A stretch of DNA of 64,000 nt, from NCBI RefSeq assembly GCF_002113885.1, contig NW_018405055.1, positions 1,106,459 through 1,170,458 on the forward strand. Direction: 5' to 3'. The notes under the pieces were generated by a model. It was not told the origin of the DNA. It saw only the letters and a program-made list of their open reading frames with translations, and ran no database searches. Of the stretch, positions 26,601 through 39,368 are shown one piece after another; the stretch's first letter is position 1; each line of letters starts with the position of its first letter. The stretch is from Mizuhopecten yessoensis. Lineage: Eukaryota. Both the position numbers and the translations under genes were made by a program.

Positions 26601-29600
26601 TGTTTGAATAGATTTTATAGAAACAATAAAACAAATGCTTTGTAAAATGTTTTTGTAAGCCCTGTATGACTGTTTTTTTAACTGGCTTTTATCTTTCAGG
26701 TTATGTACCAAATAATACAGAAGCTCAGCAAGGTGATTCAGGAAATCAAACAATGTCAGCTGAGGTCACCAGTCAGTACCAAGGGTATATGGCTGCTACC
26801 TCTGATACTGGCGTGCCACAATTAGATGGTACGTATGTAGGTAAGTTTACCAGTAAGATGACACCATACTGTTGTACAGGCAAGCTTGGTTAGCCACATA
26901 TCTTTTTGCCCAGTAATAAAGTTGCTGGATCTTTGGAGATCTGTATGCTTGATGACAGGTTTGAAATAAGAGGAGGAATCTGTCTCTAAAATTCTGACTA
27001 GATTGTTGAGCATCCATATTTATTGAGTATTCAGATTGTTGGCAGAATTCATAAGACTGTACGTATTTGGTTACTAAGTTATGTTTCAGACTGTTGTTCC
27101 TATATTAATTCTTTGCAGTGACTGTTGCACAATTTTACTATAAACTCCCATTGTATAACATGAAACTTCTGCCGTGTATTTTGCATTTTCATAGTTTACA
27201 GTGCAACCACAAATATAAACTTAAGTGATAGATGAACAGTTTACTGAATTCAGTATATATGTGTCCGTAGATTTGAAACTTTAAACATCAACTAAATAGT
27301 TTGTAAACACAAAACTGCAAAGGAAAGTACCTGAGAATTGAGGTTTGTAAAGGTTTCTGATGACATACGGTTCAGTTTAGATGAATAATGATGGATCAGT
27401 AAGATTGAAAAAAATATTTATCATGTTACTGTAAAATCTCAGTATAGTTCCCTCCTTTTTGGGTCTTTTAACCAGCTGACCATTTTGTTGCTTTATTTTT
27501 GGATTTACGTTTTGCTATTTCTGCTTGTGCAGCTGGAAGTGTACAGGATCAGGCTTCTGTGACCCAAACACACACTCACAACACAGCATCCCAACCCTAC
27601 AACCCAAACATCTACTCCCAGACAGGCGAGTCTTCACAGCAACAAAGCATCACATCCGACAGCAGTCTGGACACGGAGGACGACGCGAACCAGGAACAAC
27701 AGACTGATTTTGATTACTTTGGGGCAGCCACTACCCAAAAAGTATGTGACAAAGTTGATCACCACATGTTATGCTGCTGTACAAAATTGTCCTTTTCCAA
27801 TCTCTGATTCAAAAATTCAAACACAACCTGTAATCCATTATGTTATAACAAGATATCATTATTGAATACAATTTGTAAGAGATATTCAAGAAATTGATGT
27901 ACGGTAGGGAAATAGGGTGGAGCAGGGAGGCACATAGAGTTGATACTATATATGGCTGCTTAGGTCTCAGTTGTTACCATTTGTTAAGTGGGCTTCAGGA
28001 AAAGCAACAACTTTAGGTTCAGGGGGGCACAGAAAAGTGCCTCTGTAAAGTAAATATCAAACAGCTGTGTAGCCCCCATTATCTTTTTAATAGTCTTGTT
28101 GTAATACCTGCTTATGTGTTAATGAGTCTCATTTGATATCAGTATGATAATCAGGCACCATTACCTACTCAGCCTTGTTATATCATCAAATCTGTTGTGA
28201 TATCAGTCCGAGACTTCGTTGATATTTTCTAGGCCCGTTTCTACTGACGTACCTGCAAATGTTCATGCAGCCTGCTTTGTCAAGGCTCGCCTGAAAGCAG
28301 CATCAGATTACTAGGTCCGACCATATTTCATAAACGAACAACTCTGGTCCAACCGGTTCCATCGTTTGGCTCGAGATAAACGAATGCAGCCCTAGTCGGA
28401 TCCATCTGTACATGTATATCTTTGATCACCTGTTTATTTACATTATAGATTGTAGCTCCACGGTTAAGGAAACGCACCACATCAGAGACTAGTCAAGGGA
28501 GTGGTAATCGATCAACCTATCCCGGGGAACAAGCCAAAGATGACAAAGCAAGAATGCCTCCTCCTGCTGCCAAAACAGATCCATCCAAGAAGGTATTAGA
28601 TTAAGTAACTACTCTGGAAGTAGGATTTCAGTTTCGGTTAGTCTGTATTACACTTCAGATTAGACCAAATTATTTGCAATGGTAAATTTCATCAATAATT
28701 GATAAATGATTAGGTGCTTATTATTACAGCAATGTGAATTTAAATGACAGATTTTGGGCTTTAGTAATTAGTTGTAATATATCAGCTTGTTGCTACTGTC
28801 ACTGTACACAAAACAGCCAAGAAATTGTCATTTAATGCAAAGAAGTACTTTTATGTATACAGTTTTCATTTGATGATACTTTTCATGACAATTAAACTGT
28901 ATTAAGTTTTATTGGCTGATGATTATCATTACATGAACAATTTAAAAGTAAGAAAAAATACCAAAACAAGACTTTCCTCCTCATTTACGTACCGTGCGTT
29001 GCTATTTATTTGGATATCATTTTCAAAAGTCTATTTCATCAAAACTAATGCTAGTTTGGAGAAGAAATTCAATCAAAACCCTCATTAACTCGAAGATATT
29101 TCAACTATGCATATTTTCTGCCGATATTGATCGTTTATCCCCAAATATTCGCCAAAATACCGGAAGTGTGCCCTTTCAGGGTACAGTAATGCCGATTCAA
29201 GGGCCTACATAATTACTCTTATGGTTCAAATTGTGATAGAAATGAAAAGTGGATAGTATTTTGATATATTTATGGAAAATGAACACACATTTTTGGAATC
29301 GATAGTATGATATAAAGAACATTTATATCTATATAAAAAGTGTCCCGATTTGGGTACAGTTACGTTAGAATTTCAAAAAGAGGAAAATCCAAATGCAACT
29401 TTTTTAAAATTTGTGTTTTATTCTTGCAAATCTTCTCAATCAAATGAATATCTTGGAAAACCTTGAATCATTATGAATACCAGACTGTATGAATGTTTTC
29501 ACTGCCTCTCAATGATATCAGCAGGGAAGCAGGTTAGGGGGATGGTTCAGTAAACTCCTACCCAAACCCAAGAACGAGATGAAGCTTCCTAATGATGATA

Positions 29601-32600
29601 AACCAAGTGTGAGTATATCAGCCTTGTTATAAACAAAATCAGGACAAATTTGTTCTATTTATATCAAAATGTTTAAATTTTCACAAAGTAGTTGAACATG
29701 CTCATCATTCAATTAACCAATGCATTGAAATGAAAATAACTTCTCGTAGAGTCAAATGATACTGTATGTTTAAGGCCTCAGACCACAATTAATTCTACCA
29801 TATGTAACTACCAAAGGAAAAATGAAATTAAAAGGTTTTAAAACTTTGCACAGGGTCTGGTTCCTATTTCATGTTGTAAATCTATTTAAACTGAACCTAC
29901 AGTGAGCTGGAAAGTACCTCATGACCGGCATTTAAGAAAGATAATTTCATTTGAATGTCACTACCCCGCATGTATAGGGGAAAATACTAAAATTCACTAA
30001 ACATCAATGCGCAAGCCTCATCACTCATTGTGTCCTGCTGTGAATACAAACTTGAAAACTGAATAAAAATTAAATAACTAGCTAGAATGGATATTGTTGA
30101 GCGTTTCTGTGGGGGAAAAAAAGTATGTATCTGTCATAGATCAGAAAGGAAAAATAATCTAGTAACTGACCTGAAATGTCCTTATGCACTACATTCGTGT
30201 ACAACGACCCGGAAGTGTTATTGTGGTCTGAGACCATATGTATATTTGCTTACTTGATAGTGATTCCTATAATGGATGTCAAGATCACTCAAGACGACAA
30301 CTTTTTCTCTCTATTGAATAGACTGATTCTTGGTCACTGAACAAAATGTTTTTATTTGTGTTACCAGATTGTGTGGGACAAGGATAATGAAAAGTGGGTG
30401 AACTTAGACGGTACCGAGGAAGTGAGTAAACCAGTGGCAGAACCTCCAAAGGACTCGGACATCTTCAAAACCCCAGCAGGTACCTCCCCAGTTCTCTATA
30501 CTTACAGGGTGCCAGGGAACACTTGAATGCTATCAATGCTATGTAACAGTCTCAAGAAATGTTGACCTTTAATTTCCTATCACGGAAGATACAAGTTATA
30601 TAGTTGAAACAAATTATTCAGAAACACTGAATTAGCGGCCACACCAGTCCAAAGTTTGTGTGGTGATGCGCTATGAGAATGGATAACAAAGTAATGCCAG
30701 ATGATTGAGTAAATGTCAAAATATGACACAAGGAAGTTCCAATCATGTATTGCTGAGAGTGTCACCAGTAATTTGTTACTTAAGCTTAAAGTGGTGGCTA
30801 CTTCAGGACAAGTTCGACACCAAAAGTACTCTAAATGGGGTTGCTGAACAGCTATGAGTCAATTTCTACTGTACTATATAGTGAGAAGGTTTGTGAGACT
30901 GAAGTGTCCATATCTTGTTTTTGATATTCTGTCTGACTGAAACATCCTATTAGGAAGCTTGGAATCTGGGACTAGTACTGTCAACACAATGTTCCTCCAA
31001 AATAGTCCAGTACTGTTTTTTTGCTGCAGGCTTACACAGCTCTTAATGTTTGTCATTGTCTTGTAGTGCCAGCAACTCCTGAGTCAAGTTCAGCGTTAGG
31101 GGCACCCCCTTCGGGCAACAAGTTTTCACGTCCTAAAGGTAGAGGTATGTGTCATATATATCAGTGTATAATAGAGAGATAAACATCAAGTTGTTAATGT
31201 TAATTATATTTACATTTCCTACTGAACTTGGACTTATTATCATTTGTGTTTATTACAGTGTTAAACACACGTAAGTGATGATGTTGCATCCTTTCAAAGG
31301 TCCAATGTTTTAGAAATTCTCAAAAGAACTCAGAAATTGCACTGAATGTAAAACTGTAAGGATTGATTCCAGTTCTGTTGAGGTTTATTGGGTATAAACG
31401 TCAATGGCTCTTGAGACAAACTTGATATATAGCAGTTTATTAAATTATCTCAAAATCCATTGAGGTTTATACCACATAAACCTCAAAAGAACAGGATTAA
31501 ATCCTGAATTAGCCAGAAACCTTGACAAAAGTTATTTGCCATGGGAGATCTGGAACTTGACTATATTGTGTGAATTAAGCATTTTCTAATGTCCTGCCAG
31601 TATTTCATTTAAAAGATAAAGCACATCAGATTTTGACTAAGTTTCGTTTGGAGCATACCTGGGTCAAGAGAACATAACTTTGTGTATAGAAATGGTGTGG
31701 CCTCCTATTTGCAGAAGGTCGTCGCAAAAGGGGAATAGGGGTCAATTATTTCCAAAACTTTCTTCTGTATGGATGGATGGATTTTTACTTAATTTGGCAT
31801 AGAAGATCTCTGTTTCAAGGGGATTTAGTTTTGTATGCACAAAGGTTGTACTGAACCCACAACTCCCCTCTCGCAGCAGGGGGCAAGAGTGTCTGGGATG
31901 AACAGGGGAACACACTATGCCCAGTATGTGGACTTATATAATCATATACACTAATGTATGACTTGATTGACAGGAGCTCGTAACCAGTATGTGGACTTAC
32001 ATAATCATATACACTTATGTATGACTTGATTGACAGGAGCACGTAACCAGTATGTGGATGTGATGAATACTAGTGGGAGTAGTACTAGCAGCACAACAGT
32101 GCCAAAAAGTCTGTTCAACGTGATGCCGACTTCAGCCTCGTCACCAGCAATATTTAATCCACGTATGTATTTTCAAACTTCTCAACTTAAAGTATGTTGC
32201 TGATTAAATTCATTTTGTTTGACTTGGAGTTCTTCTGTTCAAAGATATTATGTCCATGACAGCTAACTTTCTGATGATTCTGATTTATTATCTACTTTGC
32301 ATCTAACATATGTTTACAGTTTGCGATAGGTTATCATTTTACAAACAGTATTATACACTGTTCGTAACAAGACTTTACAGTTTCCACTTGTATTTTTTTG
32401 TCCAGCTATGGACAGCTTGGTAAAGATATCAGTTGATACCAACTTGAAGCATTGGTATCATACTGTGGTATTAAATCGTTTTTGATTTTGAAAAAAATGA
32501 TGGTTGCATTTTTGTATCTATTCCAATTAGAATGTATATTCCTGTCTTTAAATGTCATATTAAAAGCAGTTGTCAGTTATAATCAGCTTTCATTATGTCA

Positions 32601-35600
32601 TGAGAAAGTTTACATAATATTATGTCACCGTTACTTAAGACATTGCTGGATAGATTTAAATGATAAAACAATTGGTGATCAAACTCTACATTAGTTCTAT
32701 TATTGGTAAAATTTATAAAAAGCAATCATTTAATATGTTGTACAAAATTTTGACTGCCAAAACACTGTACAACTTTCATACATTTTGATGTTATTCATAA
32801 AAAGTGTCAGCAGTTCAATGCTATTCAGATTATGAAATCCCAAGATTTACTGCTTGCAGTTGGAGGAAGCGATCAGTCTGACTCAAAAACAGACCCTCAA
32901 CCTCAGCAGTCAATAGCGCCACCTGCTGAACAAAACATGAACCAGTCTCTGACACCAGGGGAGGTAAGTGTTATATGAAGCTCTACATTATGATCAGTTC
33001 CATGTGTGGCTGGAGCTTGGCAATGTTTAGGATCTGTACTCAAGGTTTTCGTAGAGACAGTTAACATAGTTTTTGCTATATTTGAATGTGTACTGGAATG
33101 TGTTGTAAACAAACATATATAGCTGTACTTTGTATACCTGTGCAACTTTGCGAGGTATGGCGTATAGTGTTACTCACGTTCATTCTGTCACATCACATGG
33201 TCATTGTTAATCATAGAGACTAACAAAACATTGAAACAAATTCCACATGGCCATGGGGATATTCATATCTTGCAGACATTTTCTAGTTCTAGAAGGTATA
33301 TTAGATAGCATGTGATAGTATTGATTATGACCCACTTTTATGTCAAAGCCAACTTGAGAATATGTGCCACAAAATTCTTTTTCGTTTCCAATTGTATAAT
33401 ACACTTTAAAAAAAAAAGGAAAATGTATGGTAAAAAGAATTTCTTTTTTTTGGTTGATCATGTTGTTTTCTCAAGACTATTTAAAAACATTCTGTGCTTT
33501 ATTGTTTAAAGCAACACACTTTGGAATGTTATCATAATTAAACCAGTGTGTGGAGGTAAAATTACTAGAACTATAGAGGAGATGGACTTGGAGTAGTCGA
33601 CAGTGAGAAAATGTTGACTATGCTGGTAACCTAGTTTTGAGATAGCATAAGGAGAACATTATTTGGTACTAATTGAAAGTTTGATCTCTCTAATGTAATA
33701 GTTGGATGCTTATCTTCATAGTGATTTCAGTGTGTTGAAAAATTACTTACAATTTATATACAGAGAGTAATATAACATTGACAAGTGTGTCTGTTGTGTA
33801 AAAACAAGATAGTGATTATGATATACTATTTGTTTTGGAAGTTACCTTTATTTTTGAGATGCCTTAGCAATGCTTCGTTGTCTATGGAGTTCTTTATTTG
33901 TATTTTTTCTCTCCATTTTGCCATTGCATTCGTGCAGGAAGACTTTTACAGTGAGTTGGTGTGATTAAATAGTAAGGCAGTCACCGGTTCATGTTTTCTT
34001 TAGTGTATTTGATGTTTCCTTGTTTAGACACTCAATTTGAACACAGGAAGTATTTCATAGTATGAACAAGTGTTGTATACATACTGTTACAGATATAGTG
34101 ACGTATCTCAAAAACTGTATCTCCGTTCATTATTCAAAATCTTTTTGTAAAATTTAAAATGAACTCAAGCTTCTGTTGTTTTGTAATTGAAATCTTATTA
34201 TTTTCAAAGCAGGAGAAATCTTGTTAATGGTAATAAAATATTTTATAATTCAAGATTACCATACATTACAGTGTACATATATTACAAGTAGTATACTTAT
34301 AAATACCCATATATATGTATTTACTTTATATACCTGGTAAATAGGCAGTAATTTTAACATTTTAATTAATGCACCACTAATTAATTATTGGACACATTGT
34401 TACGTTTGATACTGTGACTTGTGTAATCAAGGAAGATGAGTTGCCACACTTTTATCCACTTTATTTTGACCTTGTTTTGGAAGTGAATTTCATAGGTACT
34501 TAAAGCACATTATTAGCTTGTAGTGAACCAAATTTTGTTTAGCATGATTACTCCTTAAAATAAAACAACAATGTCAAGCAATGATATTTCACTAGAAACA
34601 AAATTATTAGAAAAATGTAAAGACAAAAATTATTAAGGTTTATATATATCATTTAAGTTAAAACAAAATAAAGTATGATTTTTTGTGTTTTCCAGCAGAT
34701 TAATGTTAACTGAACAAAAAGCTTGTACCCACTTAATGTTTGTTCTGTCCCTTGCTCCTGGTCAAAACTTTTGTCCATTTGATTATTCTCAGTTTATCTC
34801 TGGCTCTAGGTCTTCAGTCTGGTGGCTCTCTAGACATTTAACTTATTTAAATGTCTAGGGGGGGGGGGGGGCAAATATTTTTGGGGTGATTAATAAATAA
34901 AAATCTGAATTGGAAAATCTGACAGTTGATCAGTTGTTTGAAATTGCTGTAAAAGATGATTTAGTCAGAACAAGTGATAACGGAACTCCTTGAAGTGTTG
35001 ACTAAACTGATGAGTACTGATTTGCCATTTACAGTTGTCTAGGACAAGCTCTATGAGCTCTGTATCATATGAGGTCCAACAACTAACTCGTCAGGTAACT
35101 GATCAGGATGTTTGCTTTAGCCTGTTAATTAACTGCATGCCAGACACCGGAGCAGACAAGCTAACAATGTTAACCGAAAATGTTCAGTCAAAGTAGTTTT
35201 ATTTTACAAATACCATATAAGGAATTTAACTATAATGCATGTATGAGATGCGACTCCAACTGCTCTTCATGCTCGTAATAATAGATAATCTAGTTCATTA
35301 GACCTTTCTGTAAGATTTTAAATTTATCATATATGGAATTAATACCCCAATGATTTTAAGTATCTTTTGACACTTGCAAGATAGTAGAGGAGTTTTAGTC
35401 TTTTCTACCCGTCTCATCCGTTCATATGTCTCTCCTTCTGTGAGATAACTGGTTTGACTATAAGATCCATTACGCTAATACTGAATTCCAACAGCAGTCA
35501 AACTTCATGTTATAGATACAGCTGGACCCTTTTGACGATGAAGACACACTTAAAGTAATCATTTTTCATAATTGAAAACTCACTGTCATGTTCATTATAA

Positions 35601-38600
35601 TATAAAATCTTCATGGTGAATACTGAAGGTTTGCTAAGGAAAAGTAACTTTGACTAAAACATTTTTGCTAACATGCATACTAATACTAGTTTTACACTAG
35701 TGTGCAACTAAAAGTTCCTCATCGCTTCAGTGTTGTTGATTGTTACTTCAGAATTTGACATTCTAAATTCTTTTATTTTAGTCTCTTAAAGTAATTTGTT
35801 TCTTTTTATAATGTGCTAAAATTCATTCTCTTCTTGTAGATGTATGAGCATAGTATCTATATATAATTGAGTTGCCATTTCACATGTGTTGTATTAAACA
35901 AATTAAGTAGTTTTCATTTTAGCTTAGCTCTGTCAATCTGAAGAAACCTTCACCATTGTCAAGTCTTCGATGTTATAATCTGGACTTTGTTTATGGCTTT
36001 CAGTATGACAACATTGTCTTTAAGTCTTTGATTTCATGTTTATTATTCTGACATCTCAATATTATGAGACATTATATAGCCATTCACTTTCACCTAATAA
36101 GCTAATCTTTTGTCCATTATTGACATATATTCCATTAAAAAATACTAGTCCAAAACAGAGTATTTGAGTTTTTAAATTTTAAATTTGAACTTAAGTTTAA
36201 TAATACCATCAAGCTTAAAATATTGGGACTATCATGAAATATTTGTCCATTCCCTACAAGCATATTCTACATAGAATATATCTTGTGATGAATTTTACAA
36301 AGTTACATTTGTTTGTAATTTGAATACATTTTGTGTTTGGAATCAAATCAAGAACAAAAACCCCCAGAAATTACAGAGTCCATCACTGTCAGTCAATACC
36401 AGTGTATCTAAGTGGAATTACAAATGCAAAGTATCAAAAGGAAAAGTAAGAATATCTTGCCAAGAGAAGTAACTCGAAGCCAGAAAATCACCTCTTGGTT
36501 GATTTATCTTCTTTACACAAAGGAGTAAATAAAAAGATCTTGATGAAAATATTATCTTTACTCTGTTATGACTTTTATGCAAGTACTGGCACAGTCCATT
36601 TGATAAATTTAGTATGGGTTATCACCAAGGAAATTCATTGGTGAATAAATGAAGGGTGCCCACCAACCACCAGGATGGAGGGGTGTGGCCCAAAACAAGC
36701 AAGGGGAAGGAACTTTAATCTTATTTGGCATAGAACATCCCTGAGCCAAAGGTATTCAATTTTGTGTAAATGAAGGATGTGCCACATGCACACTGTCCAC
36801 TGAGCATGTTTGGTTGGCTGAAACATTTCCCATTAGTTCCTAAGTTTGACCAGATAAATGTTCACCAAAATTGGTACAAATTTTTCTCTTTAAGATTGTT
36901 AGAAACACATTAATGGTACAGAGCCTATGGACCTCTTGTTGTATTAAAATTTCTAGCTGCTTAACTAAATTACTGAATAATTTATTAACTTCTCATTTCC
37001 ATTTTTAGGTCACCTGAGCTTTGCTCAAGTGACCTATTTCGATCACTTTCCGTCCGTCATCGTCAGTCGTCAGAATCATCCTTGGTAGATGAGGCTACAC
37101 AATTTTAAACTTGGGATTCCTACCCCAACCGCTGGGGCCAAGGTGGGGCCCCAAAGGGAAAATTAACCAATATTTCAAAAATCTTCTTCTGCAGACTCAG
37201 AGGTACTAGTCATTTTCTCTGCATGGATGAAAAGATCATCAGGGTCTTTATTTAAATGGTAAATTTCAGGATCCCCGGGTCATCCCTTCTCCCTGTGGGA
37301 GGGGGTAAAGTTTACTAGTTTAGATAGGGAAATAACACTTTTGTGTATATTTTTACAATTTTCTGTAGGAATTTATTCTTACTTGGTGAAAATTATCCTT
37401 GGAGGAAGATGGTTCTAAAATGTAAAATTGGGATTCCCCAACCCTAGGGGCCAGGGCGGGCCCCAAAGGGAAAATTTACCAATATTTCAAAAATCTTCTC
37501 TTCCAGACTCTGAGGTACTACAGTCAATTTCAGTGCAGATCATCAGGATTTTTTTATTAAAATTGTCAATTTCAGGACCCCTGAGCCATCCGTTCCCCCT
37601 TGGAGAGGGGGTAAAGTTTACTATAGTTTATATAGGGAAATAACACTTTTGGGTATATTTTATCCATTTTCAGCAGAAAAATTATTCAAACATGTTCAGA
37701 ATCATCTTTGTTGGATGAGGGTGTTACATTGTAAAATTGGAATTCCTACCCCATCCCCAGGGGCTAGGGCAGGGCCCCAAAGGGAACATTTACCAATATT
37801 TTCAAATTCTTATCCTTTGATGACATGACAAGTATTGTATTTCACTTAGTTTACATGCTGATTTCCACATCACATCTAAACAATAAAATAAAGCTATCAG
37901 TACCTATGATATAACTCAGGTGACCGCTAAGGCCCTTGGGCCTCTTGTTTTTAATTGCCATCTTAAAAAAAGCAAATATTATTGTTTTCTACACTGTTAT
38001 GATATGTATTTATTAGACTGACATTTCTTAACTGCTTCACCCACTTGGGGACAGTTACACAAGGGAATGTAACTGGATAACTCTTGTATTGTTAGTGCAC
38101 TGCACCAGCTCTTCTTACACTGTACATATTTAGAAATAACATCAATTCATCATAAGAAGTGAAAAAAATGATTGTTGATATCATATGGGATTACATAAAT
38201 TCCACATTCTGTAATTTAAGCATTGAACTGCTTTCAGTTGGCATTCATAGACAGTATAAATGCCAGTTGGACAAAGGCAAATTCAATGAAGCGCACTTTC
38301 ATTTCATGTTGGATTTGCCTTTGTCCAGTTGGAATTCATACTGCCTATGAGTACCAACTGAAAGCAGATCAGTACTTACTTATATTCAATATTTTTGGAA
38401 TCTGTTCATCTCATAGAAAATTCAATTACACTTATTATTATTCAGCATTTAGTTCAAATAATGTATGTATTGTGCATGCTTGGTCAATGAATAGAACAGC
38501 CATCACCTGGGGAGAGTCAGTGGTATCCAAAGTAACAATTATGACATCATAATAATGATGACGTCAACAATCGGTCCATGGCATTCATAGCCTTACTGAA

Positions 38601-39368
38601 TGCCAACTGAATTTGATAGGCTTATATAGTGGCAATGCCATACGATGGTAAATATTCAGTCAACAATAGCATTGAGGTCAAGGTAAAAAAGTTGGGCATT
38701 TTCAATTTGAAAGCTGAAATTAATTACAATTAATTACATTAAATACACATATTGAACTACTTTAAATGAAAATACTGGTACAGTAAAACTTCATTGCTAA
38801 GCACATGCTTGATTTAATTCTTCTTTAATATATCTCCTACTCTTGACTGTAAAAATATAATCTATTACTCCAGGTATGCAGATAGACAAATCTCAACCAT
38901 CTATTGAGGTTTAGCACTCAGAAAAGCATTGTGTTGAATCTCAAAATCTTATCGGTGGGTAGAGATTTTCTTTTCTATACACACGGGAGGGATACATTTT
39001 ATTGGTCTTCATGATCAGGTAAAAAAAGTTAAATGAAAGCTAAATAAGTTTCAGTTAAACATCTAAACTAATTCTTAGGTTTGCTGTGATTTGAAAATCG
39101 AAAGTTATGAAACTTCTGGGTTTTAATGAACAAATGAAACTTCTGGGTTTTAATGAACAGGTTTTACTGGTTCATTTCCTGGTGGTGATATAACATTGAT
39201 TATGGTGTTTTTTTCTTACAGGATGGGAAACAGACCCAAGCACCTAATTTGACCCCAGGGGGACCCCCCATGTTGTTTAATCCTTCTCAATTTAAAACTG
39301 GTCAGCAGAATGCAGCACCTGCCGGTGGTCCAAAGCTCTACAACCAACGAAGGGTTTATCCTAAATGA
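8733..39368 (+). CDS. SEC16A: Protein transport protein Sec16 (SEC16A-like ER exit site scaffold), 27 coding exons, ~2130 aa
   Basis: Exons: 8733-11607, 12032-12157, 12877-13027, 14178-14219, 17308-17412, 19471-19601, 20268-20475, 20749-20887, 21078-21323, 22069-22251, 22734-22851, 23283-23394, 24218-24323, 24711-24764, 25272-25358, 25687-25791, 26059-26467, 26700-26828, 27533-27741, 28449-28592, 29522-29608, 30368-30479, 31067-31144, 32037-32162, 32860-32963, 35035-35094, 39222-39368. All are GT-AG, phases are consistent, total 6393 nt. Sec16 hallmarks: TTLWA...NILLAPA; Arg/Tyr-rich RPxSR region; central conserved domain [72 protein letters not shown]; C-terminal GWF...[14 protein letters not shown]...WVN and QYVDVMN. 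Confidence 0.95.
16465..16660. mobile_element. Short dispersed repeat/MITE, copy 1
   Basis: Shares cctgaaagcagcatc.gattactaggtccgacc...taaacgaacaact.tggtcc with the copy at 28231-28392. Ends ggcctgtt / aaacggcc are inverted. Confidence 0.6.
23591..23864 (+). repeat. 46-bp tandem repeat, ~6 copies (SEC16 intron)
   Basis: Unit caactgtacagataccttaaatggaagtaccccagtttaactgact starts at 23591, 23637, 23683, 23729, 23775 and 23821. It is preceded by (aaaaccctccc)n at ~23499-23552. Confidence 0.9.
28231..28392. mobile_element. Short dispersed repeat/MITE, copy 2
   Basis: Same family as 16465-16660. Confidence 0.55.
29774..30236. mobile_element. MITE with ~16-bp TIRs
   Basis: Left ggcctcagaccacaat and right attgtggtctgagacc are near-perfect inverted repeats flanking a non-coding interior. 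Confidence 0.65.
31358..31506. repeat. Degenerate foldback/hairpin element
   Basis: aggattgattcc.gttct.ttgaggtttat..ggtataaac.tcaatgg pairs with ccattgaggtttatacc..ataaacctcaa.agaac.ggattaaatcct. Confidence 0.65.
31921..32058 (+). repeat. 63-bp tandem duplication spanning a SEC16 splice acceptor
   Basis: ccagtatgtgga recurs at 31921, 31984 and 32047; tgacag|gagc occurs at both 31973 and 32036. Confidence 0.9.
37005..37948 (+). mobile_element. Non-autonomous Helentron (HINE / DINE-1 / pearl-like) with internal tandem array
   Basis: 5' ttaggtcacctgag...ctcaagtgacct (subTIR plus its inverted copy) and a ccgt-type microsatellite. Three ~310-317 bp internal repeats start at ~37111, 37428 and 37737. 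The 3' end has tcaggtgacc, hairpin aggcccttgggcct and cttgtt, and the element sits in a T-run. Confidence 0.85.
38232..38612. mobile_element. MITE with ttcagttggcattca TIRs
   Basis: Left ttcagttggcattca and right tgaatgccaactgaa are inverted, with partially repeated internal copies. Confidence 0.6.
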
